A stretch of 64,000 nt of DNA from contig CBDBDQ010000005.1 of the NCBI GenBank assembly GCA_965203905.1, positions 6,528,001 to 6,592,000 on the forward strand. The letters run 5' to 3'. This stretch comes from Spirochaetia bacterium (GTDB lineage Bacteria > Spirochaetota > Spirochaetia > SZUA-6 > Bin103). The notes beneath the pieces are model-generated. The model saw nothing but the letters and a program-made list of their open reading frames with translations. It searched no databases and was not told the origin of the DNA. The translations under genes were made by a program, and so were the position numbers. This document shows, piece by piece, positions 50,326-59,444 of this stretch. Position 1 is the first letter of the stretch. Every line of letters starts with the position of its first letter.

Positions 50326-50364
50326 GTCGGGAGTCACCAGGTTCACCAACCTCTGACTCCCGAC
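50326..50364 (+). terminator. Stem-loop between the SBP and permease genes
   Basis: GTCGGGAGTCA/TGACTCCCGAC perfect 11-bp stem followed by TTT. Confidence 0.6.
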
Positions 50365-50407
50365 TTTGTCCTGCCTTGTCTGGCTTAGACATGAGGGAGT
50401 CTCTCGC

Positions 50408-51406
50408 ATGATTCATCTCTCGCGACGCTTCTACTACACCTTGATAGTGCTCTTTCTGGCCTCGGTTGCCTCGTTTGCGATTATCGAGTTGCCACCGGGC
50501 GACTTTCTGGATATCTATGCGGCGCGGCTCGAGATGCTGGGAGACAGTATGAGCCAAGAGGAACTCGATGGGCTGCGCCAGCAGTACGGTCTTGATCAGC
50601 CCATGTTGGTCCGCTACGGCAAGTGGATATGGGGCATGCTGCAGGGGCGCCTGGGCATGGCTATGGATTTTGAGAGTGCTCCGGTCGCCGCCCTGCTGGG
50701 ACCAAGGTTGGGACTGACGGCCGTCCTTTCCTTCTTCTCAATTATCTTTACCTACGTTATTGCAATTCCCATCGGTATCTACTCAGCCACGCACCAGTAC
50801 TCCCTCGGCGACTATCTCGCCACGACCGTGGGGTTCATCGGGTTGGCAACACCCAACTTCTTGCTGGCTCTCATTCTCATGTTCTTCTTTGCCCGTTACT
50901 TCGGCTTCAGCGTAGGGGGTCTTTTCTCGCCGGAGTACGCCAACGCTCCCTGGACCTGGGCGAGGGTGGTGGACATGCTCCCCCATTTGCCGCTCCCTAT
51001 TGTGGTCATAGGCACCTCGGCAACCGCCGCCATTACTCGCGTGATGCGCGCTACTCTCCTTGATGAGTTGTCGAAACAGTATGTGATTACGGCTCGTGCC
51101 AAAGGGTTAGGTGAGACCAGGCTGCTATTCAAATACCCCGTACGTATCGCCTTGAACCCAATCATCAGCACCATCGGATGGGTGCTGCCGCAGATTGTCT
51201 CGGGATCGATAATCACCGCGGTTGTGCTGAGCCTGCCGACCACGGGGCCGCTGCTCCTGGATGCGCTCAAGAATCAGGACGTCTACCTGGCGGGCAGCAT
51301 CGTGCTGCTACTATCCGCCCTCACGGTCATCGGCACCTTCCTTTCCGACGTGGTGCTTGCCTGGTCTGATCCACGTATCAGATTTGAGAAGAAGGGGGTG
51401 GACTAG
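50408..51406 (+). CDS. DppB/OppB-like ABC permease
   Basis: LPPGD, YGLDQP and YVITARAKGL motifs. Confidence 0.92.
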   Translation: MIHLSRRFYYTLIVLFLASVASFAIIELPPGDFLDIYAARLEMLGDSMSQEELDGLRQQYGLDQPMLVRYGKWIWGMLQGRLGMAMDFESAPVAALLGPRLGLTAVLSFFSIIFTYVIAIPIGIYSATHQYSLGDYLATTVGFIGLATPNFLLALILMFFFARYFGFSVGGLFSPEYANAPWTWARVVDMLPHLPLPIVVIGTSATAAITRVMRATLLDELSKQYVITARAKGLGETRLLFKYPVRIALNPIISTIGWVLPQIVSGSIITAVVLSLPTTGPLLLDALKNQDVYLAGSIVLLLSALTVIGTFLSDVVLAWSDPRIRFEKKGVD

Positions 51407-52521
51407 TGGCCAAGCTTCTTAGCCGTTCCCGCCCCGACCGTGAAACCGAGCGTTACTTCATGGCATCGAGCCTCCAGCTCACCTGGATAGCCTTCAGAAG
51501 GCACCGTCTGGCCCTTGTGGGCGGCAGCATCCTGCTAATCGTTTATCTGGTCGCCCTCTTTGCTGAGTCCGTTGCCCCCCTCGGTCCTTTGGAGCGCGAG
51601 TCCGACTTCGCCTTCGCTCAGCCGCAACGCATTCGCATTGTGCATGCCGGAAGGCTTTCCTCGCCCTTCGTCTACGGGTACACGAGGTCGCGCGACCCCG
51701 AGAGCCTCAGACCCATCTTCACGGTTGACCACAATGCCCGCTACCCGATTCGCTTCTTCGTCCAAAGCAAGCCCTATAAGCTCTGGAATCTCATTCCTAT
51801 GAGGATCAAACTCTTCGGGGTCGAGGAGGGACAGGCGTTTCTCTTGGGGAGCGATAGACTCGGGCGTGACCTGTTTTCCCGAAATATCTACGCCGCGAGG
51901 GTCTCTCTCTCAATAGGCCTTGTGGGGGTCACCATCAGCTTCATATTAGGCGTTACCTTGGGGGGCATTTCGGGCTATTACGGCGGCATAATCGATGACT
52001 TCATTCAGCGCGTTGTCGAGTTTCTGCTCTCGGTGCCGCAGATTCCACTGTGGATCGCCTTTGCCGCCGCGCTGCCGCTCGATTGGCCTCCGATCAGAGT
52101 TTACTTCGGTATCACCGTCATCCTCTCGCTGATGGGCTGGGCGCAACTGGCGCGGGTGGTTAGAGGCAAGTTTCTGGAGCTTCGCGAGGCCGACTTCGTG
52201 ATGGCTGCCAGATTGGCAGGAGCGCCCGCTGCCGCTATCATCCGCCGCCACCTCCTGCCCTCGTTCATGAGCTTCCTGATCGTGAATCTCACCCTTGCTG
52301 TTCCCGGCATGATCCTGGCGGAGACTTCTCTGAGTTTCCTGGGGCTGGGCATCCGCGCGCCCGCGGTGAGCTGGGGCACGCTTCTCCAAGACGCACAGAA
52401 CGTTCAAGCAGTCGCCAACCATCCCTGGCTGCTGCTGCCGGCTCTGTTCGTGGTGTTGACGGTTCTCTGCTTCAACTTCGTAGGTGACGGCCTGCGGGAC
52501 GCCGCCGATCCTTACAAGTGA
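51406..52521 (+). CDS. DppC/OppC-like ABC permease
   Basis: LGSDRLGRD, FVMAARLAGA, LSFLGLG and GDGLRDA.DP motifs. Confidence 0.92.
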   Translation: MAKLLSRSRPDRETERYFMASSLQLTWIAFRRHRLALVGGSILLIVYLVALFAESVAPLGPLERESDFAFAQPQRIRIVHAGRLSSPFVYGYTRSRDPESLRPIFTVDHNARYPIRFFVQSKPYKLWNLIPMRIKLFGVEEGQAFLLGSDRLGRDLFSRNIYAARVSLSIGLVGVTISFILGVTLGGISGYYGGIIDDFIQRVVEFLLSVPQIPLWIAFAAALPLDWPPIRVYFGITVILSLMGWAQLARVVRGKFLELREADFVMAARLAGAPAAAIIRRHLLPSFMSFLIVNLTLAVPGMILAETSLSFLGLGIRAPAVSWGTLLQDAQNVQAVANHPWLLLPALFVVLTVLCFNFVGDGLRDAADPYK

Positions 52522-52685
52522 GCTCCGCGGGGTGCCGGCCGGAGTCCGGGAACTGCTTCAGTCGAGCGATCGTGTCGAACCTTGCGAACGTAGCGAGTCG
52601 CGGCTGGCCGATCGTCGAGCGCGATGTACTCGGCGATCTCATCAAGGTCGGCCAGAGCCGGTCCTGCCCAGATCAATCGAGCCAT
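52522..52685 (-). pseudogene. RelE/ParE toxin remnant
   Basis: MARLIWAGPALADLDEIAEYIA...; frameshifted continuation RLKQFPDSGR..PAEL, cut at the dppC stop. Confidence 0.75.
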
Positions 52686-52759
52686 TTGGCCAATTTCTGT
52701 TTCGCTTCCGCTTCGGTACAGGTCCGGTTTTCTTGCAGCGCGCGTTCGCCGCGTGCCAT
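52673..52759 (-). pseudogene. Antitoxin C-terminal remnant
   Basis: ARGERALQENRTCTEAEAKQKLAKWLD* overlapping the ParE start. Confidence 0.6.
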
Positions 52760-53090
52760 GCGCTACTTCGTGCTGCACGCGCCCCGGCAGACCGGCAAGA
52801 ACGTGCGGCGCCCGTGTCTCCGGCGACGGATTCCTGTACGAAGCGTGGCCAGCGATCTCGGATTGGGACGGGGAGTGGGTGCTGACGACGGTCTGGGAAC
52901 TGCCGGCCCCAGATCACGGTGGTGAGATGTGGCCCGAGGACCGGCTAATGAAATATGAACAGATGGTGGCAGATCGATTCATCGGGATCGCCAGCACGAC
53001 GTGTTTGTTCCGCACCGCAGAGACGGTTGCAAAAGCGTACCGCAATGCCCGACCCGTTGCAGAGGCCATCGACACCGCCCCGAAGAGCCG

Positions 53091-53228
53091 GTGACTCCTG
53101 AAGCCCTGCTCGGTGCTGCCGAGTTCTTGGTTTCGCCGACGCACGGCACGCCGTCGAAGGCACGCATCCGCCGCTCGATATCCACGGCGTACTACTCCTT
53201 GTTCACGGCGCTGACGGATCAGGTGCAG
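53091..53228 (+). pseudogene. HEPN-domain N-terminal remnant
   Basis: TPEALL..AEFL...IRRSISTAYYSLF HEPN signature; GTGA-coupled to the upstream partial ORF (52801-53094); truncated. Confidence 0.65.
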
Positions 53229-53382
53229 ATGATGTGCGTTGCGATCCTTGCCACTGACACTCAGCGGAAATATATGAAGCCGCGGTGATCGTTGAGGGAC
53301 CTGCTGTAGTGGTATGGACCAGGAGCGATTCCGGCCGCGCTCTCGGTTACGAACGGGCGCTGGCAGCAAGGCGGCAGGTAGC

Positions 53383-54660
53383 TCACATGGCGCGCAGACC
53401 GGCCGCATCGTCGATCGGCTCCTGGTAACCGCGCATTGCCCCACTCAGCACCTCGTCCATGGTCACTGCGCGGCCGGCGGCAGCGGACTCCAGCATGGCG
53501 TAGCACAGGGCGACCGAGCGCATCCCCTGCTCCACGTCCACCTCGACCGCCACGCCATCGGCCGCCGCGCGGCCCAGCTCGGCATACTCCACCGCGATCA
53601 GCTTGCGGTCGATCTCGGGGAACTCCAGCTCGTAGCTGCCCAGGCGCTCGCCGCCGAACAGGCGCGCGGTCACCTCCTCCAGGCGGAATTCGGGCACCAT
53701 CTCCAGCAGCTCGGCGCCGCGGCGGTGCTCGCCCTCGCGGTCGAGCACGAAGCTCCGGCCGCGGCGGTCGGGCGGCAGCTCCAGCGCCCCGCTCGCGCCG
53801 TACATGGCGCGCCGCCACTGCCCGAGGCCGTGTGCCGCGTGATCCGCCACGTACTGCCCCGCCGCCCCGTTGGCGAAGCGCAGCGTGGCGTACACCGCGT
53901 CCTCGGCGTCGACCGCGAACCGCTCCGGCATCTGCCGTTGCCAGCGGACGTAGACGCCGGAGGGATTCACGCTGCCGCCGCCCACCGGGTTGGCGCGCAC
54001 CGGTTCGTGCAACCGTGCCTGCGCGTACACCTCCGTCACCGGCCCGCACAGGTACTCCATCATGTCGGTGTCGTGTACCCCGGCGTCCACCAGCAGTCCG
54101 CCCTCCTGCTTGCGATGGCGCCACACCGTGATGAACATGGTATCGGCCCCGCCCACGCTCTGATGCAGGTACAGCCGTGGCGCACCGATGGCGCCGGCGT
54201 CGAGCAGCGCCCGCGCCAGCCGGTTCATCGGATCGCGGCGGTAGTTCTCCGCCACGCTGACTACCAGGCCCGAGCCGCGGGCCCGCTCCTGCACGTAGCG
54301 GCAGGCGGCCACCGAGACTCCCAGCGGCTTCTCCACCATCACGTGCCAGCCCCGCTCCAGCGCTGCCGCCACGCAGCCGTGGTGGTGCCGGGTGCTGGTG
54401 GTCACGTCGACCGCCTCGACCCCGAGCGGGGTCAACTCCTCCAGCTCCGCCACCGCGGCCGGGCGTACCCCGAAGTGGCACTCCGCGGCGGCCGCCAGCG
54501 AAGCCGCGTTGTCCGCTACCGGATCGCAGACACCCACCAGCCGGTACGGTGAGAGGCCGGCGCGGTCCAGCTCGGCCAGGCCCTCCAGGTGGCGGTGCCC
54601 CATCCCGCCACAGCCCACGATCGCCAGTGCGATACCGTCCATCCGCCCCTCCGCGCCCAT
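53383..54660 (-). CDS. Gfo/Idh/MocA oxidoreductase
   Basis: IVGCGGMG, VEKPL, ENYRR and DAGVH motifs. Confidence 0.9.
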   Translation of the reverse strand: MGAEGRMDGIALAIVGCGGMGHRHLEGLAELDRAGLSPYRLVGVCDPVADNAASLAAAAECHFGVRPAAVAELEELTPLGVEAVDVTTSTRHHHGCVAAALERGWHVMVEKPLGVSVAACRYVQERARGSGLVVSVAENYRRDPMNRLARALLDAGAIGAPRLYLHQSVGGADTMFITVWRHRKQEGGLLVDAGVHDTDMMEYLCGPVTEVYAQARLHEPVRANPVGGGSVNPSGVYVRWQRQMPERFAVDAEDAVYATLRFANGAAGQYVADHAAHGLGQWRRAMYGASGALELPPDRRGRSFVLDREGEHRRGAELLEMVPEFRLEEVTARLFGGERLGSYELEFPEIDRKLIAVEYAELGRAAADGVAVEVDVEQGMRSVALCYAMLESAAAGRAVTMDEVLSGAMRGYQEPIDDAAGLRAM

Positions 54661-54716
54661 ACTCGCTCATGGTACACCGGGTGGCGTCTCCGGCGTCAGT
54701 ACGCTACCGTCAGTCC

Positions 54717-55613
54717 ATGGACCAGATTCCGATTGTCGACACTCACCAGCACCTGTGGGACCTCGATCTGCTGTCGTTGCCGTGGCTGGAAGCCGCGCCG
54801 CAGCTCGCCCGGCACCATCGCATCGACTATTACCAGAGCGAGGCCGAGGGCCACGGCGTGGCCAAGGCGGTCTACATGGAAGTGGACGTGGATCCCCTCG
54901 ACCGGCCGCGCGAGCGCGACCTGATCGGCGAGCTGTGCCGCCGCCCCGACGTGCCAACCGTGGCCGGCGTGTTCGGGGCCACGCCCGGCGACGCGGGGTT
55001 CGCGGCCACCCTGCAGGCCCTGGCAGAGGCCCCCCACGCCAAGGGCGCCCGCCTGGTGCTGCAGCCGCCGGACCGCCCGCGCGGCTTCTGCCTGCAGGAG
55101 CAGTTCGTGGCGGACGTGAGCGCCCTCGGTGCCAACGGCCTGCTGTTCGACGTCTGCATCCGCCCCTCGGAGCTGAGCGACGCCGCCGAGCTGGCGCGGC
55201 GCTGCGCGGACACCACCCTGATCCTCGACCACTGCGGCAACGCCGACCCCTACATCGTGGCCGGCACCGGGGGCAACCCGGACGATGCCACCTACGGCCA
55301 TGGCCGCCAGCAGTGGCTGGACGACATCCAGGCGCTCGGCTCGATCTCCAACGTGGTGTGCAAGATCTCGGGCGTGGTGGCGCGCGCGGCTCCCGGCTGG
55401 AGCGCAGCCGACCTGGCTCCCTCAGTCGATCACTGCATCGACTGCTTCGGTGAGGACCGCATCGTGTTCGGCAGCGACTGGCCGGTGTGCACCTTCGCCG
55501 CCAGCCTGGGCGAGTGGATCACCGCGCTGCGGGAGATCGTCAGCCGCCGCTCCGAGCGGCTCCAGCACAAGCTGCTGCACGAGAACGCCGAACTCATCTA
55601 CACGCTCGGGTAG
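54717..55613 (+). CDS. Amidohydrolase_2 family (sugar-lactonase-like)
   Basis: DTHQHLWD, LDHCG, CKISG and FGSDWPV motifs. Confidence 0.9.
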   Translation: MDQIPIVDTHQHLWDLDLLSLPWLEAAPQLARHHRIDYYQSEAEGHGVAKAVYMEVDVDPLDRPRERDLIGELCRRPDVPTVAGVFGATPGDAGFAATLQALAEAPHAKGARLVLQPPDRPRGFCLQEQFVADVSALGANGLLFDVCIRPSELSDAAELARRCADTTLILDHCGNADPYIVAGTGGNPDDATYGHGRQQWLDDIQALGSISNVVCKISGVVARAAPGWSAADLAPSVDHCIDCFGEDRIVFGSDWPVCTFAASLGEWITALREIVSRRSERLQHKLLHENAELIYTLG

Positions 55614-55817
55614 CAGCCCGTGGTTAAACACCGGCTGTATCCGAGCGGCGATGCCCCGTGACAGTCTCGCTGTACAACCCGTGCTTTATCAAGTAACCGA
55701 CGGCACTATAGGGTACCACTCGATGTTGCTGCGGATGCAGTCGGCGGTTGGCAGTAGCCAAGCACCCAGTCAGAGCGCACTGAGGCGATGCCTGCTCCCA
55801 CCCTTCGGGAGGCTGTG

Positions 55818-56402
55818 ATGCCGCGATTCTCGACGCGCCTGATGAAACAACCCAAGAAACCTGGGACTAACGGAGTCTCCGATGCTCTGATAAGAAAGTA
55901 TGAGAAGTATGTTCAGCGCATCGATGATGACCTGATCGGCGAATTGAAGTTCCGCGAGTCCGAAGATATATCCCGTGCCCGAGAGGCTCTTCGTATCGCC
56001 GGCAACAAGCTCGGTCGCGACCTGATTATCCGGCGACCACGCGGTGTCCGGGATGTCTTGCGGTTCCGCTTGCGGGACAAGTCAATGGCAACCGTGCGCC
56101 CTCGGATGATTGCCACGTGGGGTCTGAACCAAGCCGAGGTGGATCGTATCTTTGGTGTATCGCGATCGGTTTCCAACAGGTGGCGGCAACAGGGAATGCT
56201 CCCACGAGCACTCTCCGAACTCGATGAGGCTACGAACCTCCTTCACCGGTATTTGAGGGCAGATCGAATACCGGTGGTCGTACGGAGTCCGGCTCAGGCG
56301 TACGATGGAGTGTCGCTGTTGGAGATACTGGAGCAGGGAGATACGACGAGGTTACTGATGACATGTCGCGCAATGTTCCAGTTCGACCAGATACACGCGT
56401 GA
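55818..56402 (+). CDS. Xre/MbcA-like antitoxin with an extra N-terminal domain
   Basis: WGLNQAEV..IFGVSR...RW HTH plus RIPVVVR.PA..YDG.SLL C-terminus; GTGA-coupled to a RES-like gene. Confidence 0.65.
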   Translation: MPRFSTRLMKQPKKPGTNGVSDALIRKYEKYVQRIDDDLIGELKFRESEDISRAREALRIAGNKLGRDLIIRRPRGVRDVLRFRLRDKSMATVRPRMIATWGLNQAEVDRIFGVSRSVSNRWRQQGMLPRALSELDEATNLLHRYLRADRIPVVVRSPAQAYDGVSLLEILEQGDTTRLLMTCRAMFQFDQIHA

Positions 56403-56856
56403 CCGTAGAGTGCAGCGCGAGACGGTTCCGAACTCTCACACGTGGTGGCGGATCGCCGATCCGTCGTGGGACAAGACGGCTCGCGTGAATCTTGCCTTGT
56501 TCGTCGCCAAACAGCCGTATGAGCTGGACGATCTTCGCGAGGAAATGAGACCAACGTTGGTGGCTTGCTCCTTACCGCGCGAGCAGGGGGTATGTGACGC
56601 ATACTCGCAGGCAGGCTTGGTCGCGGTCGGACTGCCTGCCACCTACCCGTTGGATTCGAATGGCACTTTGGTTCCGCAGTCGCGCTGTCAGCCTATCGGA
56701 ATTCGGGCCAAGAACGCTCACCTACGCGGTATCCGGGCCCGCTCGGCACAGGACTCAAGCGGGGCCCGACGCGAGTTGGCGTGGTTCCCGGCCACCACTC
56801 GGTCCGTTGCCCGGCCGCTGCAGACCCTGATGTTCGCCGCATGGTTCCCGCCATAG
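56399..56856 (+). pseudogene. RES-domain toxin, apparently missing its core segment
   Basis: WWRIADPSWD|KTARVNL...GLPATYP...CQPIG...GIRARSA...RELAWF; the expected GRWN...LY segment is absent. Confidence 0.6.
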
Positions 56857-56868
56857 GCGCAGCATAGC

Positions 56869-58383
56869 CTACCGGGCGTGCCGTGGCGTGGTTGCGTAGG
56901 GCCAGCTCGTGCCGCCGCGGCCGGCGGCGTGCTCCACCTCGCTCGCGACCAGGGCCGCGCTCAGCCGGTGGATCAGGTGATCGCGCCGGGCGCCGTGGCG
57001 CGGATCGCTCCACAGGTTGCTGGTCTCCTCGGGATCCAGCTCCATGTCGTACAGCTCGCCTTCCGGGTCGCTCTGCGCCGCGGGATCCTGGTACAGCGTC
57101 AGCTTGTAGCGCCCGTCGTGGAACATGGAGGCGTAGATCGGCGGGTCCCAGTATTGTGCGGGGCCCATCTCCGAGCTGCGGTAGCCCATCCCCGAATTGC
57201 GGTACAGGGTAATGGCGTGGTCGCGTGCTGGCGGTGGGTCGCCGGCGGCGCGCACCAGGGCGGCCAGGTCCTGCGACTGCGGCATCAGCGCCGCCACCTC
57301 GGCGGCCGGCAACCCGGCGGCGCGCAGCAGGGTGGCCGCCAGGTCGTGCGGCTGCACCAGGGCCGGCACCCGGGTCCCGGCCCGCTCCGCGCCCGGCAGG
57401 CGCAGGATCAGCGGCACGCGGGTACACGGATCGTAGAAGAAGGCTCCCTTCGCGATCAGCTCCAGGTCGCCGATCATGTCGCCGTGGTCGGACACGAACA
57501 GCACCAGGGTGTCGTGCATGAGGTCCAGGCGCTCCAACTCGGCGAAGATGCGCCCCACCTGCCGGTCGAGAAAGGCGATCGAGGCCAGGTAGCCGTGGCG
57601 GAGCGCCGCGAGGTCGCGCTGCGCCGGCACCCGGCTGCGGCCCTGCCCGCCGTGGAACAGCTCCCGCTCCCGCGCCACGCCGCCCGGGACCGGCCGGTGG
57701 GAGGCGGTGAGCGGCCGTACCGGCGCCATCCGGGAACGGTCCACCAGCGCGCCGGCCTCCGGCGGATAGTCGAAGTAGGGGCCGTGCGGGTCGAACAGGC
57801 TCACGTTGAGGAAGAACGGGCGCGCGACGTCGCGTTCGTTCAGGAAGGCGATGGCGCGCTCGGCCGCCCAGGTGCTGAAGTGCGCCGCCGCCGGGTGGTG
57901 GTCCTGCGAACCCGCCTGCAGCCGCCGCAGGAACTCGGGATGGTGCTCCCGCAGCCACGCCACGTGGGCGTTGAAGGGCGAGTCGAGGTGCACCTGCGGA
58001 TCGATGCTCCACTCGTAGCGCTCGAAGCCGTCGTGCGGGTGGCGCTCGGCACATTCCACGCCGCGGCCGGAGACGTGCAGCTTGCCCACCAGCGCGGTCT
58101 CGTAGCCGAGGCCGCCGAGGTGCTCCGGCAGCAGCACCTGGTCCGCGGGCAGGGTGTCGTGGATGCGGTACACGCCGTGGCCCGCGGGCAGCCGCCCGGT
58201 GAGCATGCAGGCGCGGCTCGGCGTGCACATCGGCACGTTCACGTAGCAGCGCTCGAACACCACGCCGTCCGCGGCCAGGCCGTCGAGCGCCGGGGTCGGG
58301 ATGGCGTCGCAGCCGTAGCAGCCCAGGGTGTCCCAGCGCTGCTGATCGCTCATCAGCAACAGGATGTTGGGTCGTTCCGTCAT
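56869..58383 (-). CDS. Sulfatase (Cys-type)
   Basis: PNILLLMSDQQR, CTPSRACMLTG, GKLH and SDHG motifs. Confidence 0.92.
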   Translation of the reverse strand: MTERPNILLLMSDQQRWDTLGCYGCDAIPTPALDGLAADGVVFERCYVNVPMCTPSRACMLTGRLPAGHGVYRIHDTLPADQVLLPEHLGGLGYETALVGKLHVSGRGVECAERHPHDGFERYEWSIDPQVHLDSPFNAHVAWLREHHPEFLRRLQAGSQDHHPAAAHFSTWAAERAIAFLNERDVARPFFLNVSLFDPHGPYFDYPPEAGALVDRSRMAPVRPLTASHRPVPGGVARERELFHGGQGRSRVPAQRDLAALRHGYLASIAFLDRQVGRIFAELERLDLMHDTLVLFVSDHGDMIGDLELIAKGAFFYDPCTRVPLILRLPGAERAGTRVPALVQPHDLAATLLRAAGLPAAEVAALMPQSQDLAALVRAAGDPPPARDHAITLYRNSGMGYRSSEMGPAQYWDPPIYASMFHDGRYKLTLYQDPAAQSDPEGELYDMELDPEETSNLWSDPRHGARRDHLIHRLSAALVASEVEHAAGRGGTSWPYATTPRHAR

Positions 58384-58503
58384 CGGTACCGAGGCTGCCT
58401 CACCGCCGCCGCGTTGTCAAAGACCGCCGGTCGCTGCGGTCCTTGCGGGCGCCTCGCGCCGCGCCGGGTATGCACGGCCGCCGGAGCGGCAGTATCGTGA
58501 CGC

Positions 58504-59395
58504 ATGGCGCGCTATCCCGACCACACCGGGCCGACGGTGCCGATGACCGACGAGCAGAGGTTCTTCTTCGACCTGCGCGGCTGGCTGGTGCTGCCGGCAG
58601 TGCTCTCCGCTGCCGAGCTGGAGACGATGCGCGCGGAGTGCTACGCTGGCGTCGATCCGCTGCTGGAGCGCCCCGGCGGCGTGAAGGACGGCCACTCCGG
58701 CGTGCTGCAGACCCTGCTCGACCATCCCGCGGTGGTCGGCGTGCTGTCCGAGATCCTGTCGGAGCAGCCGTTCGACCGGGAGGAGTGCTACGGCTTCCGC
58801 TGCGAGGATTCCCACGTCATCATGCGGCCCCCCGGCTGGCACAAGACCAACCGCGGCGACAACGGCGTCCCGCACGTGGTGCGCCCGCCGCAACTGGCCA
58901 ACGCGATGCGCTACCAGGTCGCGGGCAAGCGGATCTTCTCTGGTCTCACCCGGGTGGTGTGGGAGCTGGAGGAGGTGCAGGCGGGCCGGGGCGGCACCTC
59001 GTTTCTCAGCGGCTCCCACAAGGCGCACTTCGGCTACGGCGGTCGCGACCGCTTTGCGCCGAGCGCCGCGGAGTCGCCGTGGCTGGAACGCATCCACGCG
59101 GCCATGGACACCTACGCCTGCCCCGCCGGATCGGTGGTGATCTTCACCGAGAGCCTGCTGCACGCCGCCAACGACTGGACCAACCCCGACAACGGGCGCT
59201 GCGCCATCTTTCCAGTGCTACAACTCGCTGTGGGCGCAGTGGCACCGCCCCAACATCACCCCCGAGGAGATCGCGGCCATGCCGCCGAAACGGCGCTCGC
59301 TGTTCCGCGGCGTGTGGCAGCTCGGCGGTAACACGACCTGGTCCCCCGACAACCAGACCTCCCTGCGCGCGTCACCCCACCGCCGCGCCGGCTGA
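58504..59395 (+). pseudogene. PhyH-like dioxygenase with a frameshift near the C-terminus
   Basis: EQRFFFDLRGW, SGSHK and FTE.LLH motifs; an extra T in ATCTTTCCAG (about 59210) shifts the FQCYNSLWAQWH tail, which ends at TGA 59395. Confidence 0.75.
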
Positions 59396-59444
59396 ACGCT
59401 CGCACCGGTTACGCCATGCGACTGTCGACGGAAGGAGCGCGCTG

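Noticed and set aside
948-56856. Integron cassette array explaining the TA density
   Set aside because: No integrase, no recurring attC-like RYYYAAC/GTTRRRY structures at junctions, and modules occur on both strands.
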